The position numbers and the translations under genes were made by a program. From Octopus vulgaris (Eukaryota): 64,000 nucleotides of DNA. How positions within the stretch are numbered: position 1 is the first letter of the stretch; every line of letters begins with the position of its first letter. Under the pieces are notes generated by a model. The model saw only the letters and a list, made by a program, of their open reading frames with translations. It made no database searches and was not told the DNA's origin. Below, in pieces: positions 13,702 to 26,965 of the stretch. The stretch is from contig OX597815.1 in assembly GCA_951406725.2 (NCBI GenBank), forward strand, positions 158,658,001-158,722,000. The letters are read 5' to 3'.

Positions 13702-14200
13702 ATGTGCTTGCGTGTTTATGTACGCATGTATTTATGTGTATATATGTGTGTGTGTGCGTGTATGCATATATATATTATTTATTAACGGTTTTTGTTATTT
13801 ATATTGATTGTTCTCGTCTGCTTTTTTATTTAACTGTTCATTTTCTCTTTTGGCTTAACATAGCTCATCATCATCGTCATCGTCTTCTTGTTCTTCTTGT
13901 TGTTGTTGTTGTTGTTCTTGTTCTTCTTCTTCTTCTCCTTCTTCTTCTTCTTCTTCTTCTTCTTCTTCTTCTTCTCTTTCTTCTTCTTCTTCATCCTCCG
14001 CACCTACGCGCGCCCTCCGATTATCATTATTATTATTATTGCTATTATTGATGTTGTTGCTGTTGATGTTGTTGCTGTTGATGTTGTTTTACTTTTTACA
14101 CGCCTTCATGAAATCATCATATCGCATCATATCATATTTTTGTATTATAGCGTCCTGTACCGTCCTTGATCTGTTTGTAAACCCCTAGTGGGTAATAAAG

Positions 14201-14250
<50 letters not shown>

Positions 14251-14283
14251 TTCATCACCATCAATATTATCATTATTATTATA

Positions 14284-14356
<73 letters not shown>

Positions 14357-14499
14357 TGGTGATAATGGTAATAGTGATTTTTTTTGTTAACATCGTTGCT
14401 GCGGTTGCCATCATCTTTATCTACCCTTTCCTGTCCTTCTCTGATCCACTTCATCATCATAATCATAGTCACCACCACCACCACCACCACCACCATCAC

Positions 14500-14581
<82 letters not shown>

Positions 14582-15143
14582 TTCGTCGTCGTCATCATCA
14601 CTACCATCGCCACCACCACCATATCACCATCAAAATTATCGTCGTCAATTTCCCCAGGAATTTTTTTTCTGTTTTTCTTTTTTTTTATTTTTTCAAAAAT
14701 TTCTCCCAGAAGCCGGGAAATTTCTTGCATTGTTTGACAAACAGGAAATTGCATGACCCATTAAAGTACGTGTCTAAAGAAAAATGCACCTTTAATGCTG
14801 TTTCAATATCCTCTCGGCATACAATTTAGGATTCTGCAATATTTCGAATTTATAGTCGGCAAATGAAATCGTTGTATTTATCAATATCATTAACTTACTT
14901 AAAACTTAGACATAATTTAGTTTTGCAATAATTTTGGTAGAGCAGAAATTATTTGTGTCAAGTAGAAATATAATTTTTTCTAAATGTATGGATTTTGTTT
15001 TTTCGTTAAATTCTGAATATTTCTTATGCATTCATTCATTTCTGTGCATTTAGAAAAAAACGCGTTCATTAATGGTGATGCATTTTCTTTTAATCAACAT
15101 TTTACAAGGAAGTTTGTTCTTTAATTGCTTAGATATTATTAAG

Positions 15144-15549
15144 AGATGGAGTGGCTGTGTGGTAAGTAGCTTGCTAACCAACCACATGGTTCCGGGTTCA
15201 GTCCCACTGCGTGGCATCTTGGGCAAGTGTCTTCTGCTATAGCCCCGGGCCGACCAATGCCTTGTGAGTGGATTTGGTAGACGGAAACTGAAAGAAGCCT
15301 GTCGTATATATGTATATATATATATGTGTGTGTGTGTTTGTGTGTCTGTGTTTGTCCCCCTAGCATTGCTTGACAACCGATGCTGGTGTGTTTACGTCCC
15401 CGTCACTTAGCGGTTCGGCAAAAGAGACTGATAGAATAAGTACTGGGCTTACAAAGAATAAGTCCCGGGGTCGATTTGCTCGACTAAAGGCGGTGCTCCA
15501 GCATGGCCGCAGTCAAATGACTGAAACAAGTAAAAGAGTAAAAAGAGTA
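15144..15549 (+). mobile_element. Full-length SINE family A with internal (TA)(TG) microsatellite
   Basis: tRNA-like head, CORE-like segment, internal microsatellite ~15305-15350, 3' domain ending in an (agtaaaag)n tail. Confidence 0.92.
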
Positions 15550-15589
15550 TACCGCCTCATGAGAAATGTCTTGTCATTATTTTCGCATG

Positions 15590-16000
15590 AAGGCAGCGAG
15601 CTGGCAGAATTGTTAGCGCGCCGAGCAAAAAGCTTAGAGGCATTTCGTCCGTCTTTAAGTTCTGAGTTCAAATTCTATCGAGGTCGACTTTGCCTTTCAT
15701 CCTTTCGGGGTCGTTAAATTAAATACCAGTGAAACATTGGGGTCGATGCAATCGGCTTAACTCCCTCCCAGATATTGCTGGCCTTGTGCCGAAATTTGAA
15801 ATTATTATTATTGGTTGCGCGAAGGCGGCTAACTGACTGAATCGTTTGCACGCCGGGCAAAATGTTTAACGGCATTTCGTCCGTTTTTACGTTCTGAGTT
15901 CAAATACTGCCGAGGTTGACTTTGACATTCATCCTTTCGGGGTCGATAAAATAAGTACCAGTTGAACACCGGGGTCGATGTAATCAACTTCCCTCCTCTC
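15590..16000 (+). mobile_element. Two tandem SINE family B copies
   Basis: Heads at ~15590 and ~15822, same central motif. Confidence 0.88.
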
Positions 16001-16137
16001 CCGAAAAAATCATTAATTTAGGCTGCAAGATAGAGAGAGGGGAAGAGAGAGACAGAGAAAGAAATAAAGAAAGAGAGCCATTTTGTTATAAGTTTAGAGT
16101 ATCTGAGGATACACTATATAAAATAAAATATATGCGC

Positions 16138-16310
16138 CCTTTTAAAGTCTAGCCAGGCTCATGGGCCCGTTTCCGGTTTCTATGGCGTATGTGTTCCCCA
16201 GGTGGACGGGACGCCAGTCCATCGCAGCGTTACCCATTTTTGCCAGCTGAGTGGACTGGAGCAATGTGAAATGAAGTGTTTTGCTCAAGAACACAACGCG
16301 TCGCCCGATC
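16138..16310 (-). mobile_element. SINE fragment related to family C
   Basis: Minus strand gcgttgtgttcttgagcaaaacacttcatttcacattgctccagtccactcagctg shared with the 43311 copy; different tail. Confidence 0.7.
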
Positions 16311-16319
16311 CACTCTCCA

Positions 16320-16940
16320 CAAAGAACAAACCCGCCACACACAATACAGACAGATACAAGTTAGTGAACACATAGAAAGGTGTCCTAGGAATCTTAATCT
16401 TAATTTTCTGATTTTCCCCTTCTATCAATGTTAACAGAACACCTCAGTACAACAAAGAATGAATAAAGAGGCAAATATCTTCCACAACTCAATATGAACA
16501 CAAAACATAATACAGAACACTACTAACCTTTCAATTAATATCACTAACCCCCATACATCCCGTACACCAATCACATTACAGATCTATATCTACCTTAATT
16601 GCACCAAATCCAGAACTGCTTACCTCCCTTACACACAATCGTTTTACTCAGGAACTAGTAGACCTGACACCGTTCATTAATCGGTGTGCATTCAATGCAA
16701 TGATTAGTAAATTCACGAAACCGGTATGCTTTTGAAACTCTTTAAGAATTCACAATAATGTCTTTTATTACATTTATTCCTACCTCAGTTCATCTAATTG
16801 TATATAACTATCGTTACTTTTCATAAAAAGCCTTTACTTTTTTTTATTTCCAATGTGCATTTTCGCTTATTTTTCTTCTTACTTTCTCCTTACACCTCCA
16901 CGTGTAGTTTCTATTTTCTTTTTGTAACATAATTTCTATT
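16320..16940 (+). mobile_element. Penelope-like element 3' end (end of GIY-YIG domain plus pseudo-LTR)
   Basis: QYRQIQVSEHIERCPRNLNLNFLIFPFYQC*QNTSVQQRMNKE, similar to the 44190-44330 peptide; hammerhead 3' half gaaac-cg-gta at ~16717-16726. Confidence 0.65.
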
Positions 16941-16964
16941 ATATATATATATACATATATTATA

Positions 16965-17002
<38 letters not shown>

Positions 17003-17024
17003 CATACATACATACATACATACA

Positions 17025-17056
<32 letters not shown>

Positions 17057-17688
17057 AACATATATATATAAATATATCTAAGAGAGAGAGAGAGAGAAAG
17101 AAGTATAAAAACAACAGAAAAGCTGGTTCCAGTGTTTTAATTACCTCATGAATTACCTAATCTTGCACGTGTTTCACCTGCGAATACACGTATGTTATGT
17201 GATAATCTTTACGTAAACAATTGGATAATATGGCTTAGGCGCCAGCTCTTCAGTGGAATATTGTAATTCAATTTAGCACTGCATCCCAGAATAGGCTGGT
17301 TGACCAGTGTGGTGTTGTTATAAAAGCACTCAATTTGACTCACTTGTATTATGTTCTCGGATATACACTCTATGAAATATTCAGGTGTATTTACACCAAA
17401 CGAGTATAAGAGGACAAATAACGTATTTTTTTACTCGATTGGAATTTAGACAGACGTGGATTTACATAGAATTCTAAACATTGGTTAACTGTTGTACTGT
17501 TTTAGTTGTGGTAACACTACATGATTACCTACATACCAACCTACTTGCATGGATGCATACATACACTCACATATATATATATATATATAATTAATTTTTT
17601 AAAAAAGCAGAGAAAAAGAAAAATACAAAATGTCGACGTAACACAAGCAATGCATTAATATAACGCTCGGAGACAGAAGGGGGTAGTC

Positions 17689-17723
17689 GTTTTACCTTTC
17701 GAGCATAGCTCTTCTTCAGAAAC
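17689..17723 (-). ncRNA. Minimal type I hammerhead motif (one stem III substitution)
   Basis: gttt-CTGAAGA-a-gagc-tat-gctc-GAAAg-GTA-aaac. Confidence 0.55.
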
Positions 17724-17804
17724 AGGAAAAACAGCAAAGTCCAAGGGGAAGAAAGAAAGGAAGAGAGAGAGGGAGAGAGAGAGAGAGAGAGAGAGTGAGT
17801 GAGT

Positions 17805-17840
<36 letters not shown>

Positions 17841-17861
17841 TAAAGTGATAGACAGACAGTC

Positions 17862-17982
<121 letters not shown>

Positions 17983-19139
17983 TATTTGTGCCCTTTATGT
18001 GTACAGACGGTCGGGAAAAGAAACTTGCAACTTTAAGGAGCCATGATCGTGTCTGATCCTGTCTATTTTTTAAAATCAAAATCCTTTCTACTGAATCTAA
18101 CGGATAAGTGAAGTACTACTTGTTTGAAGTGATTCTCTCATTTCGTTGATGTTTCTACTAGAGAATTTCAGCTCCCACACGTTCCATGATATTTTCACCT
18201 CTGTTGGCAACTGTCCTCCAAATTATACTATCATTAACATCATTTTTTCTCATTATTTCTTGTGAAAGTAATGGCATTTGATCAGACCTCTTTTTGAAAC
18301 TCAGCATGGGTTTTCATGTGTATGTTCCATGGGAAACTTCATCGAAGAGCAACTGTTCTGAAATTCTATTGCCTCTTTGCGAGTGAGATAAAGGGAGAAA
18401 GAGAGTGTGAGATTGGGAGTGCATGTGTGTGCTTATGTGTGCATGTGGGGTGTGTGTGTGTGTGTGTAAAGAGCAATGAAACTTTAAGCCATCAATAACC
18501 TGATGTACGATCCACAACATTAATAGTCATTTAAAAATAGAATCGCAGAACACGTCTGGTTCTTTCATAACTGCTCCTCATCAATAACTGTATTCGAGCC
18601 AATGGGTTTTCATTAAAGTGATTAAAGCTAGTAAATATTTAGGCAAGCAGGAAAAGAAAAATATTAGGGGTGACTAGTATTATTTTCATTGGTAAGTAAC
18701 AGAGGACGAACCCAGACACGATTCGCCTTGTTGAGTCTCCTGAGCATAACGTAACCTTTCCAATGCTTGTCGTAATGTAAGCAAGCGAATTGCTAAGTAA
18801 ACATACAAAATTCTACATTTGTTAGTTTGGTGTAAGAAAAATACTGAAAAATAAAATACCTAAGGACGCAATCTGCCAATTGGTTTCCAACTTTGACCTT
18901 AATTGAACAAATTAGGAGGAAGGAAGAGTAAAATGTATAGAACCTACTACTTGATACTTTCATATTTTAAGCAATCTCTGAAAGATGAAAGTGAAAGTCA
19001 AACTCACAAGAAAAAAGTATACAACTAACCACTAGACATTTCTAAACATATTTACTGGGTATTCAGACTAAATCTGACGGCTTTTATGTCTCCTTTTTTT
19101 TCAAGGAGAGTTTGATCTATTGCTGAGTAGTCAACAGCA

Positions 19140-20074
19140 TTGGAATGCATAAAGATTAAACTTGAGAAAAAATTAGCTGATAATAATCATAATTATTTGC
19201 GGCAGGTGTGAAGATGCTGACATTGTGGTTGCTGCTCATTGGTCTGTGAACACTGTAAAGGCTGTAAAACGTGACATGAACATCATGAAAATCAAGTTCC
19301 TCCAAAATGTGATGGTCTTTGGGTGTATCTCCAGTGAGGGTGCCCCACATCTTTGAACAGGAATTTAGGATCTATTCAGACAGCAATGTGAAGCTGCTGC
19401 AGACTGGTCAAACCCTGGGCATAGAGGGTTGTTGTTGGAAGACCAAGTTTGTGGAAGTTTTAAAGGCGGCGAACTGGCAGAAACGTTGGCACGCCGGGCG
19501 AAATGCGTAGTAGTGTTTCGTCTACCGCTACGTTCTGAGTTCAAATTCCGCCGAGGTCTATTTTGCTTTCATCCTTTCGGGTCCGATAAATTAAGTACCA
19601 GTTACGCACTGGGGTCGATGTAATCGACTTAATCCGTTTGTCTGTCCTTTATTGTCCCCTCTATGTTTAGCCCCTTGAAATAAATAAGTTTGTGGAAGCA
19701 GGAGTCGGTTCCTTGTCACACCTCCGGGAAGAGTTAGGAGTGGTTATCGCAGAATTTCTACGACTTCACCAGCCCCAATTTCTAGCTTCCTTAATTTCCC
19801 CGATTATAATCTCAGGGATTACTATGGGTGGGGTGCAATTAAGAAAGACACCAAGACCGAACTGGTGACCAAGATCTTCGAAGATCTCACTAGGAACATG
19901 GTGAGGAACACAAATGCCAGATTATGGAGTCGTTTTGAGGCCGTAGTGGAAGCTGAGGACGGCTACTTTGAGTTATCATCTCCCAGCCATAATCTGCTTC
20001 ATGTATTTTTGATTTTTAAATATGTTTTCTTTTATTTTTATACAGACTGTCAAATTTATCCTGGACATCCTGTA
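19140..20074 (+). mobile_element. Tc1/mariner (IS630-Tc1-mariner) transposase remnant interrupted by a SINE
   Basis: Decayed motifs (VMVFG.., QESVPCHTS, LP.FPDYN..DY.GWGAI), homologous to 49585-50448; 3' TIR ...ggacatcctg|ta. Confidence 0.7.
19463..19685 (+). mobile_element. SINE family B, full length with 13-bp TSD
   Basis: TSD aagtttgtggaag at 19445-19457 and 19686-19698. Confidence 0.92.
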
Positions 20075-20439
20075 ATGATAGAAACATTTATAATCTTAAG
20101 TAATTGCATGTCTGTGATATACATGCGCATATAAAAGTAAGGTGTGAAACATAGATAGAACATAATAGCGTTTAACAATAAGTATTGTTAAGGCTGGGTT
20201 CATCGTTGGACATTCGTTTTTTACAATATAATATGTAATGATATTTGAGACTATGAACACTAACATGAGTTTGAAAAGTGTATTGCACAGATTCATTTTA
20301 TCAGAGACTTTTATTCACCGGCCATCTGATTAGCGTTTGATTTAATGTAGCATTGCAACACTTAGCACTTAATTTATTCAAAATAAATTCTGAAATACTG
20401 AAAGAAATAAACATTAAAAAAAACCCATTAGTATAATAT

Positions 20440-20657
20440 TGGTTTCAATTTTTAGCACAAGTCCAGCTTCCTCGGGAGAGAGGTTAAGTTAATTACATCA
20501 TCACATCGACCACTGTGCCCGACAGATACTTATTTTATCGACTCCGGAAGGACGAAAGGCAAAGTCGACCTCAGCAGAATTTCAACTCAGAACATAAAGA
20601 CGGACGAAATGCCGCTAAGCAATTTGTCTGCAAACCATTCTGTCAGCTCGCTGCCTT
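20440..20657 (-). mobile_element. SINE family B
   Basis: gaaggacgaaaggcaaagtcgacctcagcagaatttcaactcagaac...cagctcgctgcctt. Confidence 0.8.
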
Positions 20658-20737
20658 AAAACATTGGTATGATATATACAGATACTATAGCCGTGGTTTA
20701 AAAAGTACATATCTAATATACAAACATGTATAAAAAA

Positions 20738-20771
<34 letters not shown>

Positions 20772-21527
20772 TGTGAGTCAATAATTAATAACAAAGCGTT
20801 TGGATTCTATTTCTGCCAGTATGCACTTGGAACCACTGTACCAGATACTTATATTCATTAACATATTTCTGCCTACATATATAACAACAATAACAAAGCC
20901 AACTTACAATAACTATCTATCATTCGAAAACAAACAACGATATATATATATATACATAGATACATACACGCACACTCAGACACACATACATACACAGACA
21001 TATATGTATATAGATAGGTAGATATAGACATATATAAACTTAGATAAACTTAGATATGTTTCGACCAAAGATTGGTCCAGGCCATGTCTAACTTAATAGC
21101 ACCACGTGTGTGTGTGTGTGTGTGTATGTATGTATATATACATATATACATACATACATGCATACCTACATGCATACATACATACATACATACATACATA
21201 CATACATACATACATACATACATACGCACGCACACATATATACTCACGCATAACAATACATACATGCATAACACATGCATAGATGCATACACACACACAC
21301 ATATATATATATACATAAATACATACATACATACATACATACATACATACATACATACATACATACATACATACATACACATTCATTAGATATAAAAGCA
21401 GAAGACAAACGGAAACAAAATTAGAACGGTATTATAAACAGTTATAGAAGACTTTTCTCAAGTTTGAACACCTAAGTTTTCACATCATATGTGTGTTTGT
21501 GTGTGTGTATGTGTGTGAGCGTGAGCA

Positions 21528-21558
<31 letters not shown>

Positions 21559-21600
21559 GTATACATATATATATGTATACATATATACATATGTATACAG

Positions 21601-21632
<32 letters not shown>

Positions 21633-21870
21633 ACACACAAATGTATATACTGAAAGAGATAGGCAGATAGATAGATTTACAATCTTTTTCGGTCATTCTA
21701 GTTCGTGGTAATGAGTCAAAATTTGTTCCAATTGAACTGTAACGATTAACTGTTATGTGATAAACATCTAAAAATAAATAAAACTGAAATAAAGTGAAAA
21801 CAGAGAAAAAAGACGGTAAAAGATGAGAGAGATAAAATAACTAGGAAGACAGTGGAAGTGGAAGTGGAAG

Positions 21871-21978
<108 letters not shown>

Positions 21979-22271
21979 GAAAAAAGGAAAAGGCAGACAA
22001 AGATATGGCGATGGAGAATTATAAAAAAAGAATTAAATATATACATATATATTCATAGATATGTATATATTTATGAGACCATATATACATACGGAAGTAT
22101 ATATAATCGTTATATAGATGCATACATATATATATATATGTATTATGTATGTATGTATGTATATATATATATATATGTATATGTCTGTATGTATATATAT
22201 ACATATATATATATATAAGTATATATATATGTATATATATGTATATATATATATATATATGTATATATTAA

Positions 22272-22334
<63 letters not shown>

Positions 22335-22811
22335 GCTTATAAACAAGGGCAGAAGAAAAATTATTTCTATGCCAATATGCTGATAACAGACTTTAAATCG
22401 TGAATCGTCATATATATATATGCATACATACGTTTTTGTGTGTGTGTGTGTGTTTGTGTATTAACATGTCATAGGAAGTCTAGTGTAGGGGCATCAAGAT
22501 TACCCCCGAACTACATCAACCAAACAGGTGCAGCAACATCTGAAACCATCCAGAACGTTCCCGAAAATGCTCGTATCGCCGACTTTTATCACATAACAAC
22601 CACACATACACACAAATTTAAATCTTCCTTCATCTCAGACTGCTTCTACTGCTACTTTTGCTGCTGCTTCTGCTGCCTGGCAATCTTTGAATTTTGGCAA
22701 TTATTTTTATTAGAACTTTTACAACATATTTTGTTGATTTTCTTCCTTTTTCTCCATTTTTTAAACGCTTGACTTCTTTGATATATATATTCTGCTTATA
22801 TGTTTTTTCTG

Positions 22812-22842
<31 letters not shown>

Positions 22843-22858
22843 CCTCTCTCTTTGTATC

Positions 22859-22889
<31 letters not shown>

Positions 22890-23019
22890 CTATATATATA
22901 TATATATATATATCTATCTATCTATTTATCTATCTATCTTTCTGTCTGCCTGTGTGTGTGTGCATATACGTGTATTTGCATGTCTGTGTATGTATGTATG
23001 TATGTATGTATGTATGTAC

Positions 23020-23215
23020 GTATTCTTTTATTCTTTTACTTGTTCCAGTCATTTGACTGCGGTCATACTGGAGCACCTCCTTGGTCGAAGAAATCAATCC
23101 GAGAACTTATTCTATGAAAGCCTAGTACTTAGTCTGTCGGTTTTTTTGTTACCGAACCGCTAATTTACGGTGACATGCACAAACCAGCATCAGTTGTCAA
23201 GCGATGGTGTGGACA
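23020..23215 (-). mobile_element. SINE family A 3' part
   Basis: Reverse complement of 15350-15549. Confidence 0.8.
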
Positions 23216-23223
23216 CACACACA

Positions 23224-23289
<66 letters not shown>

Positions 23290-25112
23290 ATATACATAGT
23301 AGCAAATGCACCCGTCCTTTGGACGGTTTAATTTGCTTTGGTAGTATTTTTTTCACTTTGTTCCAGGTGCCACCTGAGCTCAGCAAGCCGTTTGCTCAGT
23401 GGTATATCCCATGAAGTAAATTTGAGGGAATCGGTGTTCAGCGTTGTTGACAGGAAGAATAGAACCTATCCAATGATAAGTTTGGCCCTGCATTTTCAAC
23501 GTTGGCATACAGGAGTCTTCATGAATGGGCTTGTGACTGAAACTTGTCATCTGGAAGGCAGGGTTATAAGCGCGAATTTTCTGTATGAATTGATGCGAAT
23601 CAGGGTGTTGACCAAAGAGTAAAGAGGGAAAAGGCTGGGTAGTGTTTTGCAGGTCAGGCAAGCGAACCTTTCCGTTTGAGCAGCATAGGCCACTGGATTC
23701 TCTAACCCACTTGAAGGCCTTGCAAATGGACTATTATAGAGTAGCGTAATCCTCGGCAGGAGCATAGCTGAGCTCTTTCGACACCCATCGATTTACTCGA
23801 TGGCTTCCAATAGCCATGGGCAAGAGCCTCCCGGTGAACATTAGACTGAAGTCTCATCATCCGATAGTTATCGTCATCTGCCAACCTTGCAACAGAAGTG
23901 GATGCAGCGATGCGTGCCCGACAGATAGCACTCACTTCTGAGGCTTCTTCAGCCCTCGTAGCAGTAGCGTATGCAGCGTGGCGTGCCCAACGGATAGCAC
24001 ACTATTGTGGGGGTCTTGCGTCAGTAGCACGCACCCTAAATGTTGCACGCTGCTCTAGATAAGTTGCTGCTCTTTTTAACAGTCTACAGGACCTCTGGTC
24101 CTCAGTTTCTTTAGTCTGCCAGCACTGCTGCCTTGCCACTGCAGAAGACTTTCTGCCAATGCGTGCTCTGTTTTTAGGTGGCATGCTTGTATTATCTGAA
24201 GAGGAAAATGGGTTTTAGTGTACCAATCGATAATCGATTCTATTATAAGGTAGCAAAAGCCCTTTTATTCTGTCTTCCCACATAGCTTGCGCATAAAGTA
24301 ACAGCGAATGCCGCATAAAGTAAAATTGGTATGGAGCTTTCTGAAAGATACGAATAGCTTTCGCTAGTGGTAGCAAAACTCTTATTTAAAGGTTGATTCT
24401 TTAGGACGAATCATATGTGATTGTTTTAAAAAGGCTAGAACCTCAATACTAAAGCGTATTTGAAACAATGGACAACAGTCGAAATATCATAATGGATGGA
24501 TAAATGAAAGAACGCACTGGTGGGTAAACAAATGTATTAGCAAATAGATGAGAGGAAATGGAACATCACCTTTCATGTAACTCAGAATAGGTAAAGGTAA
24601 GCTCGTCAAAGTTTAATGCAGCTTAAATATGGAGATTAAGATTGTTTGGTATTGGATATTCATCGCATACAGTGTTCCTAGTCAATTTAATCACAGTTAA
24701 AAATATTCTTTAATGCCAATATACGATGATTTAAATTTAAAAAGTGTGGAAGACACTACATGCAAAAAAACTATGTATATGCAACGAATTTGAAAACTCT
24801 TTTAAATTAACATAAACATTTATTTATATGAAAGAAAATTATCGGAGACATAATGCATGTCGTGCTAAAAATAACAGCTAAATTAAAGGATTTCGATAAA
24901 TCTTTAAAATTAACATAAACATTTATTTACATAAAAACGAAACGACAGCTTCCAAATCCTGTTTCCTGACTGGGTCACTGCGCAGGTTGACAGTCGAAGT
25001 AAATAAATAGACAAAATCCTTTCACAGTTCTATATTTAAGAGATGAGGAATTATGTACATTATTTACATTATTTACATTTGACGGATATTTTTCCTCATC
25101 TTGTTAGTTGTT

Positions 25113-25158
25113 AACACAACGTTTCGGCTGATAAACCCTCCAGCTTTCATCAGGTGTC
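25113..25158 (-). ncRNA. Minimal type I hammerhead ribozyme
   Basis: gacac-CTGATGA-a-agctg..cagcc-GAAAC-GTT-gtgtt. Confidence 0.7.
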
Positions 25159-25208
25159 TCGGGGAAATTTCGAACCTGGGTTCTCATTCCTACGGTGTTT
25201 TTCGATGT

Positions 25209-25267
<59 letters not shown>

Positions 25268-25401
25268 TTATTATTATTATTCAGATTACTGCTTGGAATC
25301 GAACTCGGCATATGGCGTTGTGGTTAAGAGCGCGGGCTACTAACCCCAAGATTCCGAGTTCGATTCCAAGCAGTGACCTGAATAATGATAATAATAATAA
25401 C

Positions 25402-25453
<52 letters not shown>

Positions 25454-25499
25454 TCAAAAATACTTTAGGAATGATAACCTAGGTTCGAAATTTCCCCAA

Positions 25500-25545
25500 G
25501 ATACCTGATGAAGGCTGGAGAGTATATCAGCCGAAACGTTGTGTT
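25500..25545 (+). ncRNA. Minimal type I hammerhead ribozyme
   Basis: gatac-CTGATGA-a-ggctg-gagagtatat-cagcc-GAAAC-GTT-gtgtt; loopless palindromic stem III AACGTT. Confidence 0.75.
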
Positions 25546-26350
25546 AACAAACAAGATGAGAACAAATATCCGTCAAATGTAAATAATGTACATAATTCCT
25601 CATCTCTTAAATACAGAACTTTTAGCGTAGTAGTCAATTAAATTTCAATGGATTATAACGGGGAGTACTTTGAAAATTCAAGGTATAGTCCAATAAGCAC
25701 AAAATATGCTTCACAGGGTGTATTATGATAATAATTAAGATGAGGGAAAGAGAAGTTAAGATTAATGTTGCAATCGTTTCCTGTAAAAAAAGTATTTTTT
25801 TAATTCTATACTACAATATATGTAATATACATATATATATTTATGTGTGCGTGTGTGTGTGGTCTCAGATCAGCCCTAATCGGGCATACATATACTCATC
25901 GAGCCATAGCCATACATTTTCTATTGAGATAGTGTATCTAGGATTACATTAATGAATGTAACCATCTCTTTCTAAGGCAGTAAGATATGACTCGAAGGAA
26001 ATGTGGATGCTAATTCTCGCAAAGCTGAACGTTCACATTGTGTCTCCATTGTTGACTCAGTATTTGTTCGTAGTGGTGGTATTGTGGTCGCAATGAAGAC
26101 ACTTATGTCTGCTTGTTTTTGTGTTTTCTTCTATGACGAATTGCCACGCCTGACACGGCAATTCATTCTGTTTTATAAACTTTATTCCCCGCTTTATTTT
26201 GTTATTCATTTTATGTTTATTTACCTTGTGCATTAATCAATGATGGTTCTCTCTATGTGATACAGTCAATAGTTTAGATTATATTTAAACGTTATTGTTT
26301 TAAATATATTTTATCGATGGTATATCAAGTTATTATTAATGAAAAGTAAA

Positions 26351-26965
26351 AAGGCGGCGAGCTGGCAGAAACGTTAGCTCGCCGCGTGAAATGCTTAGCA
26401 GTATTTCGTCTGCCGTTACGTTCTGGGTTCAAATTCCGCCCGAGGTCGACTTTGCCTTTCATCTTTTCGGAGTCGACAAATTAAGTACCAGTTACGCACT
26501 GGAGTCAATATAATCGACTTAATCTGTTTGTCTGTCCTTGTTTGTCCTCTCTGTGTTTAGCCCCTTGTGGGTAGTATTTCGTCTGCCGCTACGTTCTGAG
26601 TTCAAATTCCGCCGAGGTCGACTTCGCCTTCCAGCCTTTCGGGGTCGATAAAATAAATACCAGTTGAGTGCCGAGGTCTATGATATCGACTTATTTCCCC
26701 TCCAAGATCGCTGGCCTAGTGCCAAAATTTGAAATATTTATTAATGGAAAGAAGAAGGCGGCGAGATGGCATAATCGTTCACACGTCGAACAAAATTCTT
26801 AAAAGCATTTCGTTTGTCTTTACGTGTTGAGTTCAAATTCCGCCAAGGTTGATTGCCTTTCATCTTTTCGGGGTCGATGAAATAAATACCAGTTGCACAC
26901 TAGGGTTGATGTAATCAACCCTCCCCCAGATTTTCAGGCCTTGTGTCTACAGTAGAAAGGATTAT
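26351..26965 (+). mobile_element. Three tandem/nested SINE family B copies
   Basis: Heads at 26351 and ~26756; the tail of the first fuses into the body of the second at ~26573. Confidence 0.9.

Larger units (their letters stand above)
25026..25620. mobile_element. tRNA-headed, hammerhead-containing element plus inverted 5'-truncated copy
   Basis: Full unit 25307-25620 (+): A box 25313-25323, B box 25358-25367, (AAT)n, hammerhead; 25026-25308 is the near reverse complement of 25354-25620. Confidence 0.88.
23299..25740 (-). mobile_element. Internally deleted Helitron with a Rep N-terminal remnant (23340-24184) and a nested insertion at 25026-25620
   Basis: FIQKIRAYNPAFQMTSFSHK...PTLKMQGQTYHWIGSILP...FPQIYF is Helitron-like N-terminal sequence; hairpin ccgtcc-ttt-ggacgg next to a degenerate CTAG; putative a|TC 5' end at 25740 (less certain). 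Confidence 0.8.

Noticed and set aside
14188-14829. 213-aa ORF with poly-His
   Set aside because: Made of (ATC)n/(ATT)n/(CAC)n tracts that are open in several frames and strands
25307-25378. tRNA gene
   Set aside because: A/B boxes are present but there is no proper acceptor stem; it is the head of a repeat
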